A DNA stretch of 36,369 bases from Octopus bimaculoides (taxonomy: Eukaryota): contig NC_068982.1 in the NCBI RefSeq assembly GCF_001194135.2, forward strand, positions 101,831,810 through 101,868,178. The letters run 5' to 3'. Positions 20,028-32,164 of the stretch are shown in pieces (the first letter of the stretch is position 1; every line of letters starts with the position of its first letter). A model generated the notes under the pieces. The model saw nothing but the letters and a program-made list of their open reading frames with translations, did no database searches and was not told where the DNA came from. Both the position numbers and the translations under genes were made by a program.

Positions 20028-20686
20028 TATACTGTTGGGTGTATACCTACGTATTTATAACCAAGTTCTTACTATTGCAGGGCAATATGGCAATTGAATA
20101 CTCAGTAAGAGTGGGGGTAGATTTATCAAGGATTTATAAGGCAGATAAGACAATGGAGAGGGTAAGCAATCGACAAAAATCAGCTTGTAAACATTCAATT
20201 ATATCTATTTATTAATTGATTACAATTATATGTGTAAGTGATCCAAGTAAACGAATGAAATAAGCCAATAAATGCGTAAATAAATAAATAAATAGAGATA
20301 AACGAATAAGAATAGGTGAGTGTACAAATACTAAACTCTTACAGCTGTATCTTCCATGGGGCTGCCAAATCTTAGGCTGATGTTTGTCGACTGTTTATCC
20401 TCTCCATTTTCTTATTTGCCTTATGTATATATGTGTTTTTATAAGTGTATTGAGAGAAATTGTTCACGAATGCCTTACACATTATATTGTGGAAGAACAT
20501 GCTAAGCACACCGAATGCCTTGCTGGAGGTGTATTAAAAATAGATGTTCTCATCTTTATTTTGACTCTCGCTATTTCGTATGCTTACACTTAATTCTATC
20601 TTTGAATGGCTTACACGTTATATTCTAAAATGAATGTGAAACAAAAACATCTCATTTTGATCCTCATTGCAATATGTGCTTATACT

Positions 20687-20718
<32 letters not shown>

Positions 20719-20937
20719 GCACACACATAAATACACACATACACAAATACACACACACATGCACATACTCACAAACACACAAACATGCAATCAAGCCTGT
20801 AAGGTCGAAACATACTATATAGGTACATATGTACATATAAATAAGAATGCGTATAATATTATATGATATACACACGTAAGTATGTGTGTGTGTATATATA
20901 TATATGTATATATAGATAGATAACACATACATACACA

Positions 20938-21828
20938 CAGGGTGCGATGGGTAGATTGTCACGATTTTATATATTTAATTTCGTGCATGCGCATTGTTTG
21001 TTTTTGAATTTGTCGACTACACAGTATGGTAGGGTCAGTTGGGCAGCGTCTGTGAGAAAAACAGCTCCATGACGCAATTCACTCTGCCAGAAATTTGCAA
21101 ACGACATGTTGTCCTGTTTGGCAATCGCACCGGAAATTCCAATGCGAACATTTCAGAGAGTTTGAGTGTCAATCTGAGGACAGTGCAAATCTGAAGACAT
21201 GTACCGAAAGTGAGAAAACTCAAACACCCAGTCAACATCATGGTGTTTGTCGTTATCAATGTGATGGCGACGTTATGCCTCCATTTATCTTAACACACAG
21301 TCTCACATGCAACACGGAGGCCTACATCAAGTGCTTGGAGGAGGTAGTGCTACCCCGGATCAAGAGGGTGGCTGCTGGAAGACCCTATGTCTGGCAACGG
21401 GACTCTGCACCATGCCACACAAGCAGAATCCAATTATGATTGTCGGACAATTTCTGCAACCACATCACCCCTAACCTCTGGGCACGTAACTCTCCAGAAT
21501 GCAAGCCCCTTAATTATTACGTATGGGGCTCAGTTGAGCGAGAGACCAACAGAACTCCTAATAACACCAATGGTGATGAACTGAATGCAAGCATTTTGGC
21601 AGCAATCACCAACTTAAATAAGGACACAGTCCAGAATAATTGCAGGAGATGCCGTAGTCGTCTAGAGGCCGTGGTTGAAGTCAACGGCGTTTTTATTGAA
21701 TAAATTTATTCTTTTGTATATATTAAGATATTTTTATGTAATAGTGGTAAATATATCTGTGAATATTACATGTCAGTATTACTTACATTTTTGCGTAATT
21801 TAGACGATAGTTTATTCACCACACCTTG
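20938..21828 (+). mobile_element. Internally deleted DD37D/maT Tc1/mariner element (copy B)
   Basis: Left end CAGGGTGCGATGGGTAGATTGTC; right end ...TTATTCACCACACCTTG followed by TA. Translation: EAYIKCLEEVVLPRIKRVAAGRPYVWQRDSAPCH...NLWARNSPECKPLNYYVWGSVERETN...RRCRSRLEAVVEVNGVFIE*. The QxDxAPxH and SPDxNPLDY-type motifs are spaced as in DD37D. Confidence 0.92.
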
Positions 21829-22047
21829 TATATGTATATATGCGTATTCTAGATTGCGTGTGTGTTGGTTTGTTGAAATAGGAATTCTACTTTTCTTCAC
21901 GCCTTTCAGAATATGAAAATGTTACTGAAGTCAGCAAAAATACATATAGAGCAATCTAAATAAGAAAATTAGCTAGATATTGAATTTTTAAACAAGAAAA
22001 TAGTTAATTGGTATTGGTATTTCAAGTTAAAAAAGAATTATATATAT

Positions 22048-22497
22048 NNNNNNNNNNNNNNNNNNNNNNNNNNNNNNNNNNNNNNNNNNNNNNNNNNNNN
22101 NNNNNNNNNNNNNNNNNNNNNNNNNNNNNNNNNNNNNNNNNNNNNNNNNNNNNNNNNNNNNNNNNNNNNNNNNNNNNNNNNNNNNNNNNNNNNNNNNNNN
22201 NNNNNNNNNNNNNNNNNNNNNNNNNNNNNNNNNNNNNNNNNNNNNNNNNNNNNNNNNNNNNNNNNNNNNNNNNNNNNNNNNNNNNNNNNNNNNNNNNNNN
22301 NNNNNNNNNNNNNNNNNNNNNNNNNNNNNNNNNNNNNNNNNNNNNNNNNNNNNNNNNNNNNNNNNNNNNNNNNNNNNNNNNNNNNNNNNNNNNNNNNNNN
22401 NNNNNNNNNNNNNNNNNNNNNNNNNNNNNNNNNNNNNNNNNNNNNNNNNNNNNNNNNNNNNNNNNNNNNNNNNNNNNNNNNNNNNNNNNNNNNNNNN
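22048..22497. other. Assembly gap (N-run)
   Basis: 450 Ns between (TA)n and poly-T. Confidence 0.99.
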
Positions 22498-22529
22498 TTT
22501 TTTTTTTTTTTTTTTTTTTTTGAGAACTT

Positions 22530-22800
22530 AAAGCATTCAAAGATCCTATGAATCCTAAGTAATGCTGGCATGAAGTTTGAGCTAAATATGTCAAAATTGA
22601 TAAAAGTTATGGTTGAAAATGGGGTGTAGCCAATTTTAGTGGAAAATCCTATAAAGAATAGGTTAATCAATTTGTTATCCTAATTGAATGGAAAACCCCC
22701 AAATGGATGCCTGTCACCGATAGTGTTTGGCCTTGGGATTTGTTGATGCACATGGCGAAGTATGGTCTCACCGGGAACTGCTATATGCAGGAGTTAAACG
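22530..22800 (+). mobile_element. Highly decayed LINE reverse-transcriptase remnant (CR1/L2/Jockey-like)
   Basis: Fragments KDPMNPK*, ILVENPIKNRLINLL and VTDSVWPWDLLMHMAKYGLTGNCY resemble the ordered RT motifs DPxNPxNYRPI, IxxNRLxxxL and AFDSVWHxGLLxKLxxYGIxG. Confidence 0.45.
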
Positions 22801-25684
22801 GCATGTCTGACCCCAAGGGAGTAAGCTGCATCCTTGAAATGAAAACATCTTTATAACCATATATACATGTATAATGTTTACACCTTCCCTTTCCTTATAA
22901 GTGAAAGGTTGATTGCCTCCTTAAACTTTAAATCACTAGATAAGAAGCAAATAAAATCAGAGACAGTTACAATTCTACCTAGAATTAAGTACTAGCTTGC
23001 TAGCCTTGGCTATGTCAAGATGGTTTTTTTTATGTATTCTCCTTTCCCACTTAGATTTTAAATGTTGTCACAAAAGTAATATGTCAATTCTGCTGAAATT
23101 TTCAGTAAATTTTCTATACCCTTGTGCAACTGAAGATTGCTCTGCATTTTGCATTTAATGTAATGTTCGCATTACTTAAATAGATAGAGTAGCATGAAAC
23201 GTGCGTACTGCAATAACCTTTAAAATCCGTGTTGCTTTTTTCTGATTTTATATATACATGCATATATATATATATATATATATATAACATATATATGGAA
23301 TAATATATATATATATAAATTTGACATGGGCGATTCTTTCTTGTCTTGGGATTCACAGTTAAACGGCTGGGGGGAATTGTGCGAAAAATTACACAGATGT
23401 GTAGAACGATCCGGTGGTTTTGCTGGGTTTTGTATTTTTTTTTATAGCTCCCATGGTTCGACTGTAAATAGGACCGTGTGTGACTATATAACTGAACGTT
23501 CATGTATGGATGTACATTTTAAGTGTAAGATCTATGTATTTGTTGAATGTGTGTTGGCTGTGCCTTATGCATTTTCTTGAATAATTATGATAGTAAACGT
23601 TCAAACAGCCAGCTTCGATCTGATATTTATGAATTTATCAGGGAGAGTTAAAGGGATTGTAGAATGTAGAAGACTTCAGGAAGAGACAAGGGAGTGAATG
23701 TAGAGTCGAGTGCAGGGTGTAACATATACGAAATGCAATGGCTACTTTATTCTGAGATAGGATAGAAATTTGAAGATAGAAGCTTAGAAATTCAATGTAT
23801 ACTCTTCCTTGGCTGTATAAATTTTCATCGCCAAATGCATTTCCCTCCTAAACAAGTTAGATTTAGCATAAATTTTACTTACACATAATTCGAACCTGGT
23901 TTTATTTTTGACTGACGTTTCAAATTTACAAGATCAATTTAGTACTTTAAATGCTTCAGAATTATGAAGAGGCAACTCTTAAGAATCACAATTAAAGTTC
24001 TAAGATTTGTTCTTTTTTTATATCTTGTAATTCCCTTATGGTGATTTCCATAGCATAAAGTATAAGCTTCCGACTCGTGAGGCCTCAGCTCGTTTCGATT
24101 TCCAGTTAAAGCCGCTTAATTTCCTGTACGCCACAAATTTCCTGCAGTAAGATATAAATGTCCCGCGGCCTCATTCTACTCAACGATAATTTGTCTTGCG
24201 CTTACGAAGACAGTGAAGAAAATGCTTGTTCTTTATTTTCCTTTAAATCTGATCCAGAATCATTTTTCGAGTGAAGAAATTATGCCAACATTCTTGTTAT
24301 CTCATTCTATGTATTTCCGGTAGGGATACTACTTTTGATGATTTTCTTTTCTAATACAAAACAAACAACTTAGCAGTTACATTACATTTTCAATATGTTG
24401 ACAATTTCAGCTGTTTTTATACATTTATGTTGCTGACATACAATGTGCAAAATATATCCAGTTAACCGTGTGCTAATATATTTCTGTGTACTAATGTATT
24501 TCAATAGAACACCACATTTCCTGGCTGCCGTGGAAATACAACGAGCCACACTCCATCACTATTCTATAAATTGCGCGAGAGAAAACTAAAAGGATGGGTA
24601 ATGTTCTACGTTAAAATTAACACTAATTAAACGAGAAAGATGGTGAAGCTGACAAAGAACAGGATGATTAGCCGTGAAATTGCGAGTTCACACTGCCCCT
24701 CTGATACTGCATAGCGTTACTGGTGGAATCTACTGTACTGTAGAGTAAGTCATTAGTGAGGACCCAGTGAGTGTATAGAGTGATTGGATTTACTTCCCTA
24801 TCTGTGACTTCATGTAATCATTTAGGGCTTTGGAAAGCAGATACAGAAATATTTATAATTAGTGTCATCCGTAAATGTTTTACGATCAAATTCTACTGGA
24901 TCAAACGTACTTGTCAGACACCCATTATAAGCACTGAGATATATCAATTCAATTGATTATTTACACGCCAAGTAAATAGTTGAACACTTATATTTAATTA
25001 TTAAAGAGCTCATTATTTCTTTATAATGGTGGTGACAAATGAGGACAGGTATATGCAAGGATCTGTGCCTATCTGTGTAGCAAATGATATGCACTTTGAA
25101 TGATTCGTTGCGTGATCCACTTTCTATGTCTTTCTGAAATTATTTTGTTTCATTTACAATATCAATATTCTTCATAAAAGAATGAAAATAAGTTCTTTCT
25201 CATTCATTCCCTTCGTGATTTAATGACATTTGTACAGTAAATGTTGCTTTTATTTTAATGAAGCTAACAAACCCAGTATTGTAAAAGCAGTGAAAATCAG
25301 ATATGACGTTTATTATATTCCTGGAGCCTTTAGAATTGTACTGTAAATAAACTTATGGCAATAAACAATCGCAGCAAATTCATAGTCTTAAAGCAACAAG
25401 TGTTTACGTCTTGAGTATGCCTATGTAAACAGGTTATTGCTAGCAACAGCTTTCAATTCCACAAAGAAGTAACAAGAAAGTAATTGTTTTTTATTACGCT
25501 CTTCTATTTTGGAATCCTATTGATATTCACCCTGACGTTCACCGTTCTAGGACCTCTTAAATAATTCCAGGTGTTCTTCTGATGCACAGTTGTACGAACA
25601 TATATTTTTTACTGTTTGAAACGACAAAAATTACTAAAGGTCGTTAGTATGTCACTGCTATTAATATTGTTATTATTGTTGCAG

Positions 25685-25817
25685 ATGCGTAGCCCCAAAT
25701 GAATCTTTATCGAACAGATCCTTAGTACGTAGACAGCTAGAGGAGGGAAATTTACAGATCCATTACTCAAAATACTATGATTGTGTCTCTGATACACCGA
25801 GGGAAAATACACAATAA
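25685..25817 (+). other. Candidate terminal coding exon
   Basis: Acceptor ATTGTTATTATTGTTGCAG|; phase-2 frame open for 43 codons (CVAPNESLSNRSLVRRQLEEGNLQIHYSKYYDCVSDTPRENTQ*). No partner exon identified. Confidence 0.2.
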
Positions 25818-26490
25818 CACAACAAAACAGATTATTATTTGTTGTACGACACAGTATTGATCGCAGAAATACTGTGATATTTATTCCCAGTATTCACTTT
25901 TTTCACTTTCCTATCAGTTATAGATTGTTCTGCTAGTGCATCTAGGTTTTCCTGGTGACCAAAACAGAAGCCAAAACCGTGATCAAGATCTGAGCGTGAT
26001 ATTGCTAGTCACGTAATGTCTATATTGCCATACTGTTTGAAATAAAGAATTTAATATCTGTATGCTAGAACTATCGCTCCACTTACGCAATCAGTGTTAG
26101 AATTATTTGGGAAAATGTTGTTTTTCCTCAGGTCAGCACTAATCAGATAGAACTGAGATCAAAGTCATTACAACTATAATGAACTGAGCTAATTAATGAT
26201 ATGGCATTCGCCCAGCGATATATCACTTTCTTTTACTCTACGCCTTCTCTATTGCGAAAAGTTCTTAAAATATGTCCATAATATATCGTAGATGATTAAA
26301 CGTAGGACGATGAGGGAATAAAATCTGATTTCTATTTTCCTGGAATAATATTTTAAATATTTAACCGGTTTCGTTATATAACATACAAAATTGTACATAT
26401 ATACAAATGTATATTCTCTCTTCTTTTTTCTCATACATATGTAAACTCACATCCAGTCCTGATATCACCAAATTGTCTCTAACTAATATT

Positions 26491-26603
26491 TTTTCTACTA
26501 TAGGCCTGAATTTTTTTAGTGACGGGAGCCAGTTGGTCCTTATTTCATCGACTCCGAAATTGTGAAAGGCAAAGTCAAACCTCGGCGGAATTTGATCTCA
26601 GCG
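26491..26603 (-). mobile_element. tRNA-derived SINE fragment
   Basis: TCGACTCCGAAATTGTGAAAGGCAAAGTCAAACCTCGGCGGAATTTGA aligns with the SINE at 2870-3045. Confidence 0.75.
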
Positions 26604-26824
26604 TTTTACTAATATGTCAAACCACATATCTTGTTGCTCTTTGAAGCACAAATATCATGCTTATTTATTTATAATATATGAATTTTCTCTAGGATGACTT
26701 TATACTCAAACTCCACTCCGAAAGTTGGAATTTTGATACATGTAGATTCCACTTGCCCAGCTACTTACGTTTACATCTGAATAACAGTAACGTTTGCTTC
26801 TGATTTAGATACCTGCCAGCATTT

Positions 26825-26925
26825 TCAGAGTAAGGGTTTAATCGACTTGACCGAACTCAGTCCTTGACTGGCCCTCTTTAATTGATCCCGAAGGGCATAG
26901 CTGGCCTTGGCGGCATTTCAGCAGA
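26825..26925 (-). mobile_element. Degenerate SINE fragment, same family
   Basis: ATCGACTTGACCGAACTCAG..TTAATTGATCCCGAAGG..CCTTGGCGGCATTT follows the same motif order as the other copies. Confidence 0.45.
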
Positions 26926-27104
26926 GAGTGCAAATAATTAAAGAAACAAAACAGAATGGTGATTTTTCCGATAACTCCCTCTACGAGTATTTGTATCCAC
27001 TACAACTCTCAGACAACCAACAACTCTTCATATGTATCACTTTTTTTTTTTATCTCATTTCCCTTCCCTTCTTTGTAAAATCACCATCCTCCATGACTTC
27101 AAAC

Positions 27105-27225
27105 TTCACGCTGCGAGAATTTTGAAAACAAAATTAAGTACGTGGGGCGATCCGTTCAAAAAAAGCGTTTCAAGACGTGCCCCAACATGACCGCAGTCTA
27201 ATTCTGAAGCAAGTAAAAGATTGAA
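27105..27225 (+). mobile_element. SINE 3' tail fragment
   Basis: GTGCCCCAACATGACCGCAGTCTAA..CTGAAGCAAGTAAAAGA, recalled as the 3' end of the same octopus SINE family; not verified. Confidence 0.55.
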
Positions 27226-28469
27226 GCGGTTAGATTAATCGAGCTGACTTCTTTACCCTATGTGAAGGACTCGAAAACTCAGTAGCTATTGCCACACATC
27301 CTTATTGTCTAACACTATAAAAAAATTAAAAAATCATATTTTGGACAAAGAAAATGAACGCTATTTTATTTATCCAGTTATCTCATTAAAATAATTAATG
27401 ACTTGTACGACTTCTTGATTCAAATGAATATTAATAATTTGTTTATTTATTTATTTAGTTGTTTATTTTTTGCATGGGAACATTTTTGCAAGCATAAGTA
27501 TCTCTAAAATAACATATGTGGGCCATGCCATGCCATTATGAAGACTGTGTTATTCTTTGCACTAAATGTTACTTCACAATGCTGTATTGAATTACTACGC
27601 AGATATAATGAAAGAATAAAACAACAGTGGGGCTTGAGTTACAAAACTCTAAAATTAGAAACATATACACACGCTTACTTATACACACATGTATAGATAT
27701 AAAAACAAACATACGACTTTAAAAGATGTGGTAGGGGATTTCATGTTGTTGAATATTCCCAATATTGTATGTTTTGGCCCCTGTTGTTTTTTTACTGACT
27801 TAAAACTCTTCGTTTTCCCAAAGAAAATAATAATAAGATAAAAAAAAAACATGAAATTTACAAAACTCAGCCAAGTAGGACATGGTTACTTTGAAGTAAA
27901 AAAAAACACACAAATCTCTCTCTGTCTGTCTCACTCTCTCTTTCTTTCTCTCTCTGTTCACTCTTTTATTCTCTATCCGCCGTCTCTCCCTTTCTCACAC
28001 AAACACACACCCACAATATATATTATCTCTGCATTTAGATAGTGTGTGGTGTCTTTAAGATTAATATGTGCATGTATGTATATCTGTATGTGTATACACA
28101 CATTATATATGCGTGTATATGTGTATAGCAGTTTGTCTATCTGTGACTCAGAATGGGTTTTCATTATTTCTTTTCTTTTTTTCTTCCCTTATTCATAATT
28201 TTTGTTTTCCTTTCTGACACATATGGGAAACTAAGCGAAAAAGAAAGCAAGAGGTGACAAATTGACGCTAGAGTCGCTGCCTACATACAAACTTATAAGA
28301 AAATAAGTATCTAAAAAACGCCAAAAATACCAACCTCAAAACCAACGACAGTAGAAATGTATTTGAATTGTTTTGGCTGCCCCTCCAAAGAAGGGCGCTT
28401 CTAACTTATGAACGCGTGTGATAAAAGACGCTAGAACACCCTTAGTCATAATGTCAGCCTCTCCTTCTC

Positions 28470-28506
28470 TCTCTCTTTATTTCTCTCTCTCTCTCTCGCA
28501 TATATA

Positions 28507-28559
<53 letters not shown>

Positions 28560-28563
28560 TGTG
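28470..28563. repeat. (CT)n/(TG)n compound microsatellite
   Basis: Direct reading. Confidence 0.95.
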
Positions 28564-29487
28564 CGTACGTGGTGAGAGAAAAGCCATATGCATTTGAGGA
28601 GAAGCCCTTAAATGTCATCCATTCTTTCTTCCCGTGAATATAATCCCCACCCTCCCTTTCTGTCTCCTTGAAATATTTTTTCATTAATTCATGGCGGTAA
28701 AATAAACTGAAGAAAAAAAGTGTCTCTGACTTAATGCATGAGAATATTCAGTGTCGGTTCTCCGGATTCTGAGTTCAAACCTTAAAAAACAATTGTATTT
28801 GATATCATTTCAGACGTACGGCTATATTAGATGCAGGCCTAGTTTAGTAGCTCGTATTCAAGAAAAAAAGTTTTTAGAGCATTAAAACTTGTAATATAAG
28901 CCCAACTTCTCAAATAGGAACAGGAGTGAAATTTTGAGACATTATTTTAGAAAGAAAATTGCATCATATATGCTATCAAATACGGTAATTTTGCCTTACA
29001 CAAATAAATTAAATTAAATTAACAAATTTACAGTATAATGGTAACATGTACTTTGGAATTGCACATGTATCCGAATTAGCATCGTTTTATGATTAAAAAC
29101 AATGTTTTAAATGCTGATAGAAATATATTTCGTTAAGAAACTTGAAAGCTCTTCAACAGAACGAACAATTCAGATCAAACATCATTTCTTCTTAAAAGAA
29201 ATCAAGACATACAAGAATTGGATTGCTTCATCACTATTTTTTATCAAAGTATTTTCTATTCGCAATGTGAGAAAAGTGATGACGTTGGTTTTAGGTTTTC
29301 AAGGGTTCATTATCTGGTTTGGTGTATATCTGACATTGAGACTATCGAGGGAGATTAAAATTTGATGCACCACAAAAGCTTCCAGGCACCCTGTGTAGAT
29401 ATTGGAGTTACTCTGTTTTGGGATGTTTCGGCATCAGTTATATCCTTGGCGGATAAAAACTAGCGAATGATACACACTTCAGCATAA

Positions 29488-29518
<31 letters not shown>

Positions 29519-29560
29519 ATCATATGCACAAAATTATCAACACGTATGTGAAACTCTCTC

Positions 29561-29597
<37 letters not shown>

Positions 29598-29822
29598 GAA
29601 ATGAGAGAAAGAGAGAGAGAGTTGCTATGATTGATTGTTAACTCCACAAGCTGTTTTATTCTTTCTCTATTTATTTCCTCTTATTCCTTTCTGTTGAAGG
29701 GTGTAGTGTCGAAAAGTAAAAGAATTTCTTACTTTCCCGAGCGACAAACTAATACACCTGCTTGTTGTTCATATACCTGTCTTCGTCTTTTGCTTTTCTG
29801 TAAATTTTCAACTATATATATA

Positions 29823-30315
29823 NNNNNNNNNNNNNNNNNNNNNNNNNNNNNNNNNNNNNNNNNNNNNNNNNNNNNNNNNNNNNNNNNNNNNNNNNNNNNN
29901 NNNNNNNNNNNNNNNNNNNNNNNNNNNNNNNNNNNNNNNNNNNNNNNNNNNNNNNNNNNNNNNNNNNNNNNNNNNNNNNNNNNNNNNNNNNNNNNNNNNN
30001 NNNNNNNNNNNNNNNNNNNNNNNNNNNNNNNNNNNNNNNNNNNNNNNNNNNNNNNNNNNNNNNNNNNNNNNNNNNNNNNNNNNNNNNNNNNNNNNNNNNN
30101 NNNNNNNNNNNNNNNNNNNNNNNNNNNNNNNNNNNNNNNNNNNNNNNNNNNNNNNNNNNNNNNNNNNNNNNNNNNNNNNNNNNNNNNNNNNNNNNNNNNN
30201 NNNNNNNNNNNNNNNNNNNNNNNNNNNNNNNNNNNNNNNNNNNNNNNNNNNNNNNNNNNNNNNNNNNNNNNNNNNNNNNNNNNNNNNNNNNNNNNNNNNN
30301 NNNNNNNNNNNNNNN
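29823..30315. other. Assembly gap (N-run) inside (TA)n
   Basis: 493 Ns flanked by TA repeats. Confidence 0.99.
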
Positions 30316-30356
<41 letters not shown>

Positions 30357-30627
30357 GTATATGTATATGCATATAAATATACATACATATATGTATATAT
30401 GTGTGTGTCTTTATATATGCACATACATATATACATGCATATATCCATATACATACACATACACATAAATATTTTATACATAACATACATGCATAGATTG
30501 ATACATACATACATAATATACATGTATAACATACATACATAATACATACATACATAATACATACATACATATATACATACATACATACATACATACATAC
30601 ATAATACATACATATACATACATATAT
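30316..30627. repeat. (TA)n/(ATAC)n microsatellite
   Basis: Direct reading. Confidence 0.95.
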
Positions 30628-30821
30628 AAGGTGGGGTTTCGCACAGAGAGTCCCGTCATAAGGTATTAGTTAACTGAAAACTATAGTTGACACTGCCGCG
30701 AGATGTACAGAGGGATCAAAAACTTTGCTGGAAAGTGAACCTCTGAACACAACGGCCATCTTTACCACTTTTGTTTTGGGTGTTTTGCCTCATTTCACGT
30801 TACTGTGTACTTTCCACTTAC

Positions 30822-30867
30822 TGTGCAAACTGTGTCTATAACTACAAACAGATGGGCAGGGAATCTG
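30822..30867 (-). other. Candidate 46-nt exon (NAGNAG acceptor)
   Basis: Minus strand: ATTCTACATTTTTAG|CAG|ATTCCC...GCACA|GTAAGT. Open frames RFPAHLFVVIDTVCT or QIPCPSVCSYRHSLH. Confidence 0.2.
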
Positions 30868-32164
30868 CTAAAAATGTAGAATTGCAATTTCAAATGAAGA
30901 AAATTTGTCACCGCATGTTCCCTGTACACTGAAGCCTCATCTGATCTAACATTTTTTCTAAGTCAGGGTTATATGGTAGGGGTATAATCGATTGGAATGA
31001 CTCCCGTATATTACCGGTATTTATTGTTTTCAGTTCTAGAAGGATTAAACGTAAGTTCAACTCTAGAAAATAGGACATGTTTAGTCACATTCACTTCACA
31101 CTTACCTCCAAATAATGTACTAATCTAATATATGATATATGATAATTACGTACATTTAACAAAATAATAATACAATACAATTAAAATGGATTTAGTGAAT
31201 ATAGATTAATGGCAATCTTAATATTGAATATAATTCAGAAATTTTAAAGAAGATATATAGTCTACTAAAATGATCCTATTACATACGCTAGCACTTGCTT
31301 TAATAATACGGACACCAGAGGTGTGAAAGGGTTAAGACAAGATAAGCAATATCTAAACTGAAAACAGAACTGAAAAGGATTGTGTACAGTACTCCACTGC
31401 TTGTATCTATTTGGTCTTCATACATATGATATACTTCTATATAATATTATTCATAAAATGTAAGATTAAAATTAGTAATACCACAATATTTACCACTTCA
31501 TAAGTTCTTTGATGCATAAACAGATGTTTGAAACACATATATATGTGCATACATGTATACGGTGTACAAAAATCACATTTATAGCAGAGCTAGGATTAGA
31601 GCGGAAAAATCTGAGAAAATCTCTCTGTATTGTTTCGAACGTATATTAAACGTCTATCAAATGTCGATGCAGTAAATAATCTGTTGGTTGAGATACTTTC
31701 TTTAGAAAGTGAATCTCGTAGATTAGCCTTCTTTACAGAGAAGAGAATACCAATTACTGATATGAACAGTTTTTATTACCTGATGTAGTCTATGTAATGA
31801 TACGACACACTTTACTACTTCACACAGCATCTTGATGGGTCAATATGTTCTCTGTTGCCTGCTAATAGAATTTTATGTGTATCTGAGAGGATTTTTCACA
31901 TTTCTCAGCTTGAGATCACCTATGTTATCATCTGTTGTGCTGTATTTAGTACAACAATTATAGATGAAAATGATAAGTATATAGAGCTGCATTACCTACT
32001 ACACATCACACTTTACCAAGTAAAACAGGAAACGACTAAGAATACTACGAATACTAAACCAATAAACTGGATATATTAGTGCCTCCAAAACATTTGAATG
32101 TATAATTGAATGCCCAGATACAGCCTGCGAAGCGTCAGGAGTAACTTGCTAACGTTGACATATT

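Noticed and set aside
23326-23580. 84-aa ORF MGDSFLSWDSQ...
   Set aside because: No recognisable domain and length compatible with chance.
24050-24290. Minus-strand GTAAGC...CTGCAG 64-nt intron giving an in-frame join
   Set aside because: Very short intron, upstream in-frame stop and unrecognisable peptide; an in-frame join has a 1-in-3 chance.
25850-25876. Perfect 9-bp hairpin CACAGTATT-9nt-AATACTGTG
   Set aside because: Several such stems are expected by chance in 36 kb of AT-rich DNA.
29111-29400. 84-aa ORF and a CAGGGTG Tc1-like end at about 29390-29399 (minus strand)
   Set aside because: No matching opposite TIR or transposase motif found.
31801-32079. About 90-codon open frame with an acceptor-like site (HLDGSICSLLPANRIL...)
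   Set aside because: Low-information composition, no homology, length within chance expectation.
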